Source of the DNA: Lingula anatina
Lineage: Eukaryota; Animalia; Brachiopoda
DNA length: 64,000 bases
NCBI GenBank assembly: GCA_051362555.1
Contig: CM120644.1
Coordinates: forward strand, 1,744,954 to 1,808,953
Reading direction: 5' to 3'
The notes under the pieces are model-generated. The model made no database searches and was not told where the DNA came from. It saw only the letters and a list, made by a program, of their open reading frames with translations. A program made the position numbers and the translations under genes. Of the stretch, positions 24,501 to 35,432 are shown piece by piece; the stretch's first letter is position 1, and each line of letters starts with the position of its first letter.

Positions 24501-24725
24501 GACTTATCTTTGTCAGACTATGAAAACGTAAATACTGCTGACAACGACAAGGAACCTTGCAATGACTTTGACTCTTTCCATGAATTTCAGCCTCAAGTTG
24601 ACGAAAGCAACGAAAATGGTGAAGTTGAAACTCCATCAGATCTATGTGAACAACCAGCTCAAACTCTTAGACGTTCTACGAGAAAAAGACAAACTCCCAG
24701 ATATCTTACTGATTATGTTTTGTAA
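21588..24725 (+). pseudogene. 5'-truncated pol (RT, RNase H, integrase) lacking gag, protease and 5' LTR
   Basis: Protein is identical to the 1618-aa ORF from DFQPSTLD onward. The ORF caller's start at 21582 is a TTG in host flank. Confidence 0.9.
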
Positions 24726-24944
24726 TAATGTCTTAAAAGAGTTTATACCTATGAATCTGACACTCAGTTATCTATAAACGGAGAGGAGACTTGCATGTAC
24801 CTTTGACATTGACACTACTGTTACACCTCTGTACATACTGCACTAATGTTTTTGTATTGATTTTGCCGTTATTACACATTATTTAATCCTTTTATAAAAA
24901 AAAAAAAAAAAAAAGAAAGAAAGAAAGAAAAAGAGAAAGAAAAG

Positions 24945-25138
24945 TGATTACGCCAGTATTATGTAAAGTGCATTCGATTGTAACGAGTAAACACAGGTGT
25001 ATAGTACGTAATTGCCTCTAGCAGTGACACGTAGTCATCTGCCTGATTTGCATGTAAATAAACGCCGAGTGCCTTGTCGGCACTTGAGGTATATGATTTG
25101 GACACTAAAGACGTGTTTGTTTGCTTCATGTCATGGCG
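24945..25138 (+). repeat. LTR 1 (TGA...TCA, 24945-25133) plus a TGGCG extension
   Basis: Follows the PPT aaagaaagaaaaagagaaagaaaag, contains AATAAA, and is repeated at 30264-30457. Confidence 0.85.
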
Positions 25139-25151
25139 TGGTGGCAGCGGT
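25139..25151 (+). promoter_or_regulatory. Primer-binding site, probably tRNA-Leu
   Basis: TGGTGGCAGCGGT is complementary to the 3' end ACCGCUGCCACCA of eukaryotic tRNA-Leu(AAG/UAG), recalled rather than searched. Confidence 0.65.
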
Positions 25152-25196
25152 ATTTTTAAAATTTCGTAACTACGTACGTCAGAGATACATTTGAAA

Positions 25197-28100
25197 ATGG
25201 CTAGTACAAATACAAGTTCACTTAGAGCACCAAAGCAATGGGTGCTTACAAAAACGGAGACAATAGGATCCTTCGAGAAGTGGAAGCAAAATCTCGAGTT
25301 TCTGCTCTCACAAGATGCAACATTTTCACACTTTTTGTCAAGTAGTGTGACATGGTTGAAGAAAACCAAACAAAATCCTCTACGCGGATTTGTCGACGAC
25401 GACGATACCATTTCTGAGAGACAACGACGCACAGCACAACAAAAGGTAACCCAATTAGAGTCTATGCTAAATCAAATAGCCAACTTTTGTCCAGTAATTT
25501 CACGTGGATCAATTGTGAAAAACTCTACCAGTCTGAATTCTGTTTGGCAGTCTATTCGGTTACACTTTGGTTTTCAATCAACCGGCGCTCACTTTCTAGA
25601 CTTTGCGCAAATAAAACTTGAACCCGACGAGAGGCCGGAGGATTTATATCAGCGTTTAATGGCGTTTGTAGAAGACAATTTGCTCACCGCCGATGGTGGT
25701 ATTACTCATCACAACGAGGTTATGACAGACGACGAAGAAATTTCGCCTTCTTTAGAAAACTTTGTCATACTCACCTGGTTGAAGTTAATTCACAAAGATT
25801 TGCCCTTGCTAGTGAAAGAGCGATACGGAACGGAGTTACGATCTCGAACTCTCGCTTCAATCAAACCTGAAATATCTCAAGCTTTAGATTCATTATTGGA
25901 TCAATTGAATTCTCACGAGGAAATTCGTGCCATGAGAGCAATTACAAAGCAAAAACCCAAAATTTTCTCTCCCGTGAAGGAGCACGTTCCTATTTTCAAC
26001 GCAAAAAAACGTTCTTGCCCGCTTTGTAAACAGGCCGGTCGACAACGCTACGATCATTTTCTCAGCACTTGCAAATTTTTACCCGAGCAAGATAAACTTT
26101 ACATCACCAGGACTCACCAGGTTATGTGCAATGAAGATTCATCCTCTGATGAGGAAATTGTTGTAGCAGACGTGTCTACCAACTCAAATTTTGAGATTCC
26201 CAGCGCAGAGGTTCAACGTGTCCGCATTAGTCCTTCGCCATGCTTCGATGCTTATCACAATCAACACCCAGTTCATTTAACACTCGATTGTGGTGCCGAG
26301 TCTAATTTGATAAGTCAGACTACTGCAATAGAGATAGGAGCGCCCATCTTACCTAACAAGTCACAAACAGCCAGCCAGGCAGACGGGAAATCCACCTTGA
26401 ACGTTATAGGTGAAACTCGTATACACCTCACTCGAAATGAGAGATCGTTTTTCCTGGAGGCTCTCGTAGTAGACCAGTTGAGTACCGAAATTTTGGCCGG
26501 AACTCCATTTTTAGAGATGAACGATATTACTTTAAGACCAGCCCGAAAGCTGATTTCTTTTTCAGATGGCTCCTCTATTACGTATGATGCTGGAAAAAAC
26601 GTTCGATCTACAGCAAACATCAAACGTACTCAGTCTCATATACTTCGCGCGGGACCAATAAATTCCACGCTTTGGCCTGGAGACTATATTGAAACTGTCA
26701 TTCCTGATAATTTGATTGGTGAGAAGGAACTCGCCGTTGAACCATGTGTCTATGGCAATGATTCTTCGCCTGTGTGGTTAAATCCGCAAGTCGTAAGATC
26801 AGTTCATAACAAAATAAGACTTACAAACGACACCGGACTACCATGTATTGTGAAACGCAACTCTCACATTGGTTTTGTCTGTCCAGTGAGCGATAGTGAA
26901 AAATCGCTTGATTTCCAGCCATCCACTTTGGATACTTCGCCTGCCAACATTTCTATTGCGTCACCAGTACTTCACTCTGCTGCCGTAAAGTTGGATCCAG
27001 ATTCTCTGTTAACATCAGGGGACAAACAAGATTTTCAGACACTACTTGTGTCATACGACAATGTTTTCAACCCGTCAATCCCCGGATACAACGGTGCTAT
27101 GGGACCTTTTAAATCGGTGGTAAACATGGGTCCTACTCAACCGCCCCAGAGGAAGGGCAGGATTCCCCAGTATAGCAGAGACAAACTTGTCGATCTACAA
27201 GAGAAATTTGATTTTCTGGAGAGTGTTGGCGTCTTCGCAAAACCGGAAGATGTGGGTGTGAATGTCGAATATCTGAACCCTTCATTTCTGGTAAAAAAGA
27301 GCAACGGTTCGTTCCGCTTGGTTACTGCTTTCAACGAAGTTGGAAAATATTGCAAACCTCAACCGTCTCTTTTACCTGACGTAAATTCAACATTACGTAA
27401 CATTGGAGGATGGAAACACATTATTACCACTGACTTATCCAGTGCCTTTTATCAGATTCCACTGGATAAGAATTCTATGAAATATTGTGGAGTTGCTACT
27501 CCTTTCAAGGGAGTAAGAGTCTACACACGTTCAGCAATGGGAATGCCCGGGTCGGAGACAGCATTAGAAGAGATGATGTCACGTGTCCTTGGTGATCTTA
27601 TAATGAAAGGCGTCGTTTGTAAGATCGCCGACGATCTTTACTGTGGCGGCGAAACTGTAAAAGAACTGATGGATAATTTCCGACAGGTTCTACGAGCTCT
27701 CAGCAAGTGTGATCTCCGTCTTTCTCCGACCAAAACCGTGATTTGTCCAAGGGAAACAACAATCCTCGGATGGACTTGGAGAAGTGGTTTTCTCTCTGCC
27801 AACACTCACCGTATATCTACATTGTCGAACTGCGACCGCCCCATGACAGTTTTCGCGCTCAGATCCTTCATTGGTGCCTATAAAGCATTCGCACGCGTAC
27901 TACCTGGCTGTGCTTCGATACTTGCTCCCCTAGATAGCATGACTGCCGGAAAACAGTCCCAGGATAAACTGTCATGGACGGAGGAGAATGTTGTTGCCTT
28001 CGAAAATTCAAAGAAAGCTCTACTCAACCATCGTTCTATTATGATTCCTCGTATCAACGATGAGCTTTGGCTTGTGACAGATGCCTCTTCTCGACACTCT

Positions 28101-30047
28101 GGTCTTGCTGCAACTTTGTACGCCAAACGCGGAGATAAGCTTCGTTTATCTGGATTTTTCAGCGCAAAACTCCGAAAACATCAGGTGACTTGGATACCGT
28201 GTGAGCTGGAAGCGTTAGCTATAGCTTCTGCGATCAAACACTTCGCTCCATATATTATACAGTCAAGTCACCAAACGCATGTTTTAACTGACAGTAAGCC
28301 TTGCGTACAAGCACATGTTAAATTATGCAGAGGAGAGTTTTCTGCTAGTCCACGAGTGTCTACATTTCTCTCTTTAGCCAGTAGATATCACGTTTCTGTG
28401 CAACACCTGGCAGGTTCAGATAATATTCCAACTGATTTCGCAAGTAGAAACGCAAAAGAATGCCAAAGCCAGAAGTGTCAAGTTTGCAGCTTTGTCTATG
28501 ACCTACAAAACTGCGTGGTATCTAGTGTTTCCACCAACGATGTTCTTAGCGAGATCAAACAGCTACCATTCACCAACCGGAAAGCATGGCTTCAAATTCA
28601 ACAAGAATGCTACGATCTACGTCGCACTAAGGCCCACTTATCTCAAGGTACGCGACCTAGTAAAAAAAACAACGGAGTGTCTAACGTGAAACGTTATCTA
28701 CACATTGAGGGTCTTACCATCGCAAAAGACGGTCTTCTAGTAGTACGCCGTCAATCACCACTGGAAAACGAACGTGATCTTATAGTAGTTCCCAGACAGG
28801 TGTTAAGCGGACTTCTTACTGCTCTCCACATCCGTCTAGAACATCCGTCCAGTTATCAGCTTAAGAGCGTAGTAAAACGCTACTTTTACGCGTTGAACTT
28901 AGACAAAGAAGCCGACGAGACATCGCATTCATGCCATCGATGTGCTTCCTTGAAAAAAATTCCTCATCTTCAACAGGAACAGTCTTCAGAAGAACCCCCA
29001 CCTACAGTTGGAGCATCATTTGCCGCTGATATTATGAAACGACACTCACAAAATATACTGATTGTAAGAGAAACGGTCACTTCTTTCACAACCGCGTGTT
29101 TTGTGAAGGACGAAACTAAGGATAGTTTACGGGAAGGTCTCATTCAACTGTGTGCAGAAATGCGACCACTTGACGGTCCATTTGCTGTCATTCGCACTGA
29201 TTCTGCTCCTGGATTCAAATCATTAGTATCAGATGAGTCCCTTCGATCGTCTAGATTAGTCATCGAAATAGGACGTCCCAAAAACATCAATAAAAATCCA
29301 GTGGCGGAAAAAGCAGTTCAGGAACTTCAAGACGAAATTCTGCGTAAAGATCCCTCGCGTGATTCTATTTCTCAAACTACTCTCAGCCTGTGCGTTGCTC
29401 AGCTCAATTCTAGAATGCGCCGAGGAGGTTTGTCTGCAAGGGAAATGCTTTTTCAGAGGGATCAATTCACCTGTCAACAAATTCCCACTTCAGATAGAAA
29501 ATTGATTATTGATCAGCATTCTATAAGAGCGAAAAACCACGACAGTAGTATGCAATCTAAAGCGCCTTTAAAACAAAGCGCCAACGATAACAATCTCAAT
29601 GTAGGAGATATCGTTTATTTACATCACGACAAGACCAAGAATTACGACCGAGATCGCTACATAGTGGTAAAAGTCGACGGTCACTGGTGCAATGTTCAAA
29701 AATTCATAGGAAATCAGCTAAGATCTATGTCTTATAGAGTTAAACAATCAGACTGTTATAAGGTACCCGTTTATAAATGGAGAAAAGTCAACGATTTATG
29801 TAGTGACAACTCCGATGATTCGGACTTATCTTTGTCAGACTATGAAAACGTAAATACTGCTGACAACGACAAGGAACCTTGCAATGACTTTGACTCTTTC
29901 CATGAATTTCAGCCTCAAGTTGACGAAAGCAACGAAAATGGTGAAGTTGAAACTCCATCAGATCTATGTGAACAACCAGCTCAAACTCTTAGACGTTCTA
30001 CGAGAAAAAGACAAACTCCCAGATATCTTACTGATTATGTTTTGTAA
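25197..30047 (+). CDS. Intact single-frame Gag-Pol polyprotein (~1616 aa from the ATG)
   Basis: Gag knuckle CPLC-x9-H-x4-C; protease LTLDCGAESN; RT TTDLSSAFYQIPL, AMGMPGS, KIADDLY; RNase H LVTDAS, CELEALA, LTDSKP; integrase HIRLEH...CHRC, FAADIM, RTDSAPGF, NPVAEK. Confidence 0.95.
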   Translation: MASTNTSSLRAPKQWVLTKTETIGSFEKWKQNLEFLLSQDATFSHFLSSSVTWLKKTKQNPLRGFVDDDDTISERQRRTAQQKVTQLESMLNQIANFCPVISRGSIVKNSTSLNSVWQSIRLHFGFQSTGAHFLDFAQIKLEPDERPEDLYQRLMAFVEDNLLTADGGITHHNEVMTDDEEISPSLENFVILTWLKLIHKDLPLLVKERYGTELRSRTLASIKPEISQALDSLLDQLNSHEEIRAMRAITKQKPKIFSPVKEHVPIFNAKKRSCPLCKQAGRQRYDHFLSTCKFLPEQDKLYITRTHQVMCNEDSSSDEEIVVADVSTNSNFEIPSAEVQRVRISPSPCFDAYHNQHPVHLTLDCGAESNLISQTTAIEIGAPILPNKSQTASQADGKSTLNVIGETRIHLTRNERSFFLEALVVDQLSTEILAGTPFLEMNDITLRPARKLISFSDGSSITYDAGKNVRSTANIKRTQSHILRAGPINSTLWPGDYIETVIPDNLIGEKELAVEPCVYGNDSSPVWLNPQVVRSVHNKIRLTNDTGLPCIVKRNSHIGFVCPVSDSEKSLDFQPSTLDTSPANISIASPVLHSAAVKLDPDSLLTSGDKQDFQTLLVSYDNVFNPSIPGYNGAMGPFKSVVNMGPTQPPQRKGRIPQYSRDKLVDLQEKFDFLESVGVFAKPEDVGVNVEYLNPSFLVKKSNGSFRLVTAFNEVGKYCKPQPSLLPDVNSTLRNIGGWKHIITTDLSSAFYQIPLDKNSMKYCGVATPFKGVRVYTRSAMGMPGSETALEEMMSRVLGDLIMKGVVCKIADDLYCGGETVKELMDNFRQVLRALSKCDLRLSPTKTVICPRETTILGWTWRSGFLSANTHRISTLSNCDRPMTVFALRSFIGAYKAFARVLPGCASILAPLDSMTAGKQSQDKLSWTEENVVAFENSKKALLNHRSIMIPRINDELWLVTDASSRHSGLAATLYAKRGDKLRLSGFFSAKLRKHQVTWIPCELEALAIASAIKHFAPYIIQSSHQTHVLTDSKPCVQAHVKLCRGEFSASPRVSTFLSLASRYHVSVQHLAGSDNIPTDFASRNAKECQSQKCQVCSFVYDLQNCVVSSVSTNDVLSEIKQLPFTNRKAWLQIQQECYDLRRTKAHLSQGTRPSKKNNGVSNVKRYLHIEGLTIAKDGLLVVRRQSPLENERDLIVVPRQVLSGLLTALHIRLEHPSSYQLKSVVKRYFYALNLDKEADETSHSCHRCASLKKIPHLQQEQSSEEPPPTVGASFAADIMKRHSQNILIVRETVTSFTTACFVKDETKDSLREGLIQLCAEMRPLDGPFAVIRTDSAPGFKSLVSDESLRSSRLVIEIGRPKNINKNPVAEKAVQELQDEILRKDPSRDSISQTTLSLCVAQLNSRMRRGGLSAREMLFQRDQFTCQQIPTSDRKLIIDQHSIRAKNHDSSMQSKAPLKQSANDNNLNVGDIVYLHHDKTKNYDRDRYIVVKVDGHWCNVQKFIGNQLRSMSYRVKQSDCYKVPVYKWRKVNDLCSDNSDDSDLSLSDYENVNTADNDKEPCNDFDSFHEFQPQVDESNENGEVETPSDLCEQPAQTLRRSTRKRQTPRYLTDYVL

Positions 30048-30263
30048 TAATGTCTTAAAAGAGTTTATACCTATGAATCTGACACTCAGTTATCTATAAA
30101 CGGAGAGGAGACTTGCATGTACCTTTGACATTGACACTACTGTTACACCTCTGTACATACTGCACTAATGTTTTTGTATTGATTTTGCCGTTATTACACA
30201 TTATTTAATCCTTTTATAAAAAAAAAAAAAAAAGAAAGAAAGAAAGAAAAAGAGAAAGAAAAG

Positions 30264-30457
30264 TGATTACGCCAGTATTATGTAAAGTGCATTCGATTGT
30301 AACGAGTAAACACAGGTGTATAGTACGTAATTGCCTCTAGCAGTGACACGTAGTCATCTGCCTGATTTGCATGTAAATAAACGCCGAGTGCCTTGTCGGC
30401 ACTTGAGGTATATGATTTGGACACTAAAGACGTGTTTGTTTGCTTCATGTCATGGCG
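30264..30457 (+). repeat. LTR 2 plus TGGCG, joined directly to host DNA
   Basis: Matches LTR 1 up to ...catgtcatggcg, then continues as ctcaatattt (the sequence at 19555). Confidence 0.9.
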
Positions 30458-32492
30458 CTCAATATTTTATTGTGACATTCATACAAGACATGAGGCAAGA
30501 CTGCCCCCACATTCACTCTACTGTGATCGCCCCAACCACACACACTGTCATTTCATGAAGCATTTAATCTAGTCAACTTCAAAACACCAAAAAATTGCAT
30601 GAAAATGCAAAAATTCAATATTAAACTTCGACATTCATTCAAGATGTAACACAAGACTGCCCATGTAGTTACTCGGAACATTGCAAAATATACTACCTGT
30701 CGGAAATGTAGAAAATCGATAAGTTACAGGTTAGGTTCCTACCTAAATTTTTTACCTGTTCAAAAACATATGTCAAACTATTAAAAAAACTGAACAGATA
30801 AAGAAAAATCATTGTTATCTGCATTTGGCACAATTCAAAAGAACGTGTTTACATTTGGGTTCTGTGTGCCGCCATTTTGGAACACGGCAGTAACTTGATA
30901 GAAGATTCAGTGAAACCGATACCTAAACACTACTATGGTATATAAAATATAGCTTCAGAACATACTTTATCGTTCTGTCAAGTGCATTAGTAAAATTATC
31001 AACATATCAGCGTATAAACGTCTGTTCATCTTACCTGTCTCTATGCCTGCTTCTCCCGCCATATTTAGGACGGCCGCCACTTCAAGTTTTGAAAACGAGG
31101 CCAAATCTAATATTCTCCAAAATAACCGTCATATGAGCCGGTGGCTCCCGGGCTGCTGAGGAAAAATATTTTGCTTCCCGCCAGAAAAACTTCGACAATA
31201 GTGTTTTTTTTCTTCTTCCTAATATTCATTTAGTCTAGATCCCCACGATTCAGGTTCTAGTAGGCCTTACACGCCTTGGTTGTTCTGCAAACTGTTTAAT
31301 TATTTAGACTTTTTAACTAAAAATACAAAGAATGAAATTTAAAGCGTGTAAAAGGTAAAGATGAGCACGTAAACTTATCTCAGCGCGCAACTTAATCTGC
31401 ACACCCAGGGAAAAGCGCACTACACCACTTTAAAAACGGTAACATTGGCTCCTTGATACAGCACGGATCATATCCAAAACCTTGAGTTATTACTTAATTG
31501 GTAGTTTTATGCATGCAATATACACGCTGAGGTCACTTTATCAATAATTACTGATACCATGTATATTAAGTTAGATTAAAAAAAAAAAAACAATGGTGAC
31601 TTTCTTATGCACTGTGCAAGTTTCTGCTCCTAATGAATGGAATAGTCTCCTCGTTACTCCCGGCAAGGAGGTTATGTTTTCACCCCTGTTTGTCTGTCTG
31701 TCTGTCTGTCTTTCTGTCTGTCTGTCATCAACATAACTCAAAAAGTTATGAACCGATTTTGATGAAATTTTCAGGAACTGTCAGAAGTGGGCCAAGGAAT
31801 AGATGATTAGTTTTTGGTGGTGATCCGAATCAATAATCAATCAATAATCAAAAATATCGAAAATTAAGGGGTGAAACGGCATCGGATGAAGACTTTGCTG
31901 CCTTGGCGGAGGTCTGCGCTCTCTGAGTGCTTTTCTAGTTGTAATTAATGTACTTGAAAAACATGCAGCAACTCCAGCCAATTAAAAAAAATAGCTTTAA
32001 ACCTTTTGTCTCTAAAACCAATACCTGAATTGACTTTTATATTATTATTATCATTATTATTATTATAAGCCCACCCTAAAGCTCCCCCTTCCAGCAACAC
32101 CAAACCAAAAAACAGAAGTTGAATAAGGAGCAATTAACGCTTTGCTAACCAAGATTTTCCAGATTCGCCAAAAGAATTTGTCATATAGTGAATAAAGAGC
32201 AAAAACAAAACGTATAAATGCAGTTACAACTTTGATTTTGATTTTGATTCTAAAACCGAGCGCTATTAAGAAAGTCGGCCAGGCTGAGCGGGGCTATAAA
32301 ACTACTCATGCGCAGTTTGTCGTAGAAAATTAATATTGATATTTCTATTACTTACAGAAAGCCTGGGATTGTCACACTTCAGTATGGAGTGTGATGTTTG
32401 ATGGTTTCATTACCTACATGTATGTCAACGAGAGAAGTAATGTTTTAATCAGCGTTAGTGACCAAGATAACTTAAAAAAAAACCTTGGTGGA
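30458..32492 (+). repeat. 2,035-bp direct duplication, right copy
   Basis: Matches 19555-21589 and continues into unique host sequence (ggtgga|attgat). Confidence 0.95.
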
Positions 32493-33174
32493 ATTGATAT
32501 AATTAAATTTCAACATAGGCAGTAATTCAGAAGGGAAAAACGCGATAAAGATTTCAACTGAATTCGGTGTAACAAGAATGGAAGTCCGCTAGGAACCATA
32601 GTCCGCTACCCATTACTTTGTACAGGTGACATTCGTCCCATATACTAACCCCAATACCCCAACTAACCCTAACATGTACTAATCATATCAAAGTCTGGAC
32701 TTCCATTCTTGCTACACCGGCCGGGTCTTCTACAGTACACTCTGAGCTTCAGAGATAAATTAAAACAAACCTCTACACTAAAGAAAACCTTTGCCGTTGC
32801 AAGTTACGGGAGAGTTTTGTTTCAAGTTATCTCTGAAGCTCAGGGCGGGTCTTCTAATGTTCTAAAGGGATTTGGTTTCTGTTCTTCCTATCAGCAATTG
32901 ACGTTGTTTCCCTTGTCAGAGGTCTGTGGTGCCCTCTAGTGGTGCCTATATTTCTTCCCGTCTCACTCCTTAACAGTGGGTGTGGGAGTCAACAGAGATT
33001 AGTTTGACTCTTTTTGGTCAGAAATATTTATCACATTGTGCGCTGAAATAGTACGGTTAGAGGGTTAATAACTGTTCGTTTTGGCCAAAAAATTAATTTT
33101 CCCGGAGTAAACAACAATTTTCCCATACCTACCAATGGTTAATGAATCCATTTCTACATTCAAAGTAAGTCTCT

Positions 33175-33219
<45 letters not shown>

Positions 33220-33236
33220 TTAGGGTTTATGTTATA

Positions 33237-33442
33237 TTAGACCACGGTGGAAGTGAAGAACAAAAGACTCAGACGTGGTGTAACTCGCATAACCCCACGT
33301 CTCGCATGAATGCGTTATAACCCGATCATGGACCGTGGTCTAAGTAAGATAGACCCCTCGTCAGCGGGGGTTATGTGACATCCACTCGTGCTATGCACTC
33401 GTGCATGTCACATAACCCTCGCTGACTCGGGGTCTATCTATT
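33237..33442. repeat. Two adjacent ~100-bp foldback elements
   Basis: ttagaccacggt...accgtggtctaa, followed by atagacccc..ggttatgtgaca...tgtcacataacc..ggggtctat. Confidence 0.6.
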
Positions 33443-33738
33443 ACTGAGGGTCCGTGTAACAGAAAGTTCGCCCTACATATAGTTATAATGGTTAGGGTTA
33501 GCCTGACCTAAGTGGGTCAAAATCTAGGACGAGGATTACCTGTACAAATGAATGGATAACGGACTCTCCATTATGGGGGAGTGTGTCACGTTACCGCATG
33601 CAAAACTAGTGTGAAATCACGAGGTGGTGACCCTGATCTACCTACATGTCCCAGACCACTTGACATCACTATATAAACACCCATGACAACATTTACCTCT
33701 GTGCACAACAACCTTAACGTCTCACAACACGGCACGAG

Positions 33739-35380
33739 ATGTGGAAGGCAGTTGTTGAAAACCAAGGGTAATATAGCGTTTGTCTGTCTGCCTGTCTATT
33801 TGTCTTCTAGTCTATTTGCCTGTCTGCCTGTCTGTTTGTCTTCTAGTCTATTTGTCTGTCTGCCTGTCTTTTTCGCCTTCTGTTTGGTTGACTGCCTGTC
33901 TTTCTGTTATTTTAATTCATTAAGTCGTAGTATACTTCATATTACTCTTTTTCACCTCTGTATCCAGCGATGCTACGCCTCCAAACGAACCGTTAAAGAA
34001 CAGTTACATCCACGGGGCCAGCAGCGAGCCTCTAGTGGGACGCACGGTGTGGGAATGCCTGCAGGAGGCGGCCAGGGAAAAGCCGGACAGGGTAGTCATC
34101 AGGTTGCCGCAGTTTGGCCAGGATCTCACCTATAAAATGATATGTGACAAGGTTAGTTTATGAAGACTGATGAACGCTTTCGCTTTCATTTTGGCGTACG
34201 TGCCGCGTACAGTTGTTCCAAGTACATGTGTAAGCTTACCAAACTCAAATCAAATTAACGTTCGAGCAAGTAGTTATTTGTTACTGTGAATTTTGAATTA
34301 ATGATTATTTATCCTGTGATCTACGCCCCCTTCCCCCCCCCCCCCCCCAAATGGCGTCCTATATATTCCAGGGGGGGGTATACTATATGTATACAAAAAG
34401 GGTTGACAATTTTGATGAATAGGATGTTTTTAATCTAAACTATGGAGCATTTTATCTCAGACTGCCACCGCACAGTTCAATAAAACTCACAAGATAAGAA
34501 GGCTGGCTGGGAATATTAAACTTTTTATCTAGTTACCCGAAATCTGTCCGTATAAAAATGACTGGCATGGGGCTACTGTTGTGTGCGTCATATTTCCGCT
34601 GAATGCGTTAAATCATTTATGAATTCATAATGCTTATTTAGTCATTTCTTTGAAATGTGGTGGGTTTTCAACAAAAACTCATAAAAAGGCCCGTGGACAC
34701 AGCATATTACACTAAATTGATAGCCAACTTACTACGGTATAACCTTTATTTGGGAAAATGAAAATTGTGAACATAGACCTTGTACATGTACATATCAATG
34801 TTAAAATTATCAGAATTAGTAATTAATCAATGTTAAAACCATCAAACTAATAATAAATATCCCTGTTGATTTCAGAGTACAGAACTTGCCAAGGGACTGC
34901 TGGCACTAGGAATGAAGAAGGGAGATTTTCTCACAATGGCTAGCGTTACGGACGCTTCATTAGTCTATGTCATGTACGCGGCAGCTCAAATTGGAGTCAT
35001 CTTAAATGCGGTACTTTCAGTTCTTGTCCAAATAAAGTAACACTCATAAATTGAAGTAAGCTCTGAGACGGGTTTGGAAGTCACTTAGTACATATTTAGA
35101 TGTAATACAGAAACCATGGGCTTCCAGAATTACAGACACAGTTTTGTCTTTTACGGTCATTTGACGATATCCATGTTATACCAGTATTTCATACCCAAAT
35201 TTTGCAATGGGATAATACAACTGGTATGAAAGAAATTGAAGTAGTTTATCATTTGTTTTACAGTCATAAAGAAAGTATGCCCTAAACTCAATGTGTCATT
35301 CTGTTTCAGCCAGCGTATACGTACCGACCACGTTCGAAATTCTTAGATATGGTTTTGAATCAAGTAGGTGGTGTCACACT

Positions 35381-35432
<52 letters not shown>

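Larger units (their letters stand above)
21588..30457 (+). mobile_element. Gypsy-type LTR retrotransposon arranged as a ~1.6-mer: 5'-truncated internal copy, LTR, full internal copy, LTR
   Basis: 21588-24944 repeats 26910-30263. Two apparently identical ~190-bp LTRs, each preceded by a purine tract. PBS follows the first LTR only. Domain order PR-RT-RH-IN. Confidence 0.92.

Noticed and set aside
21588-30457. DIRS-type or env-bearing endogenous retrovirus
   Set aside because: A DDE integrase and protease are present, the repeats are direct LTRs, and only ~215 bp separate the pol stop from the LTR, leaving no env or tyrosine recombinase.
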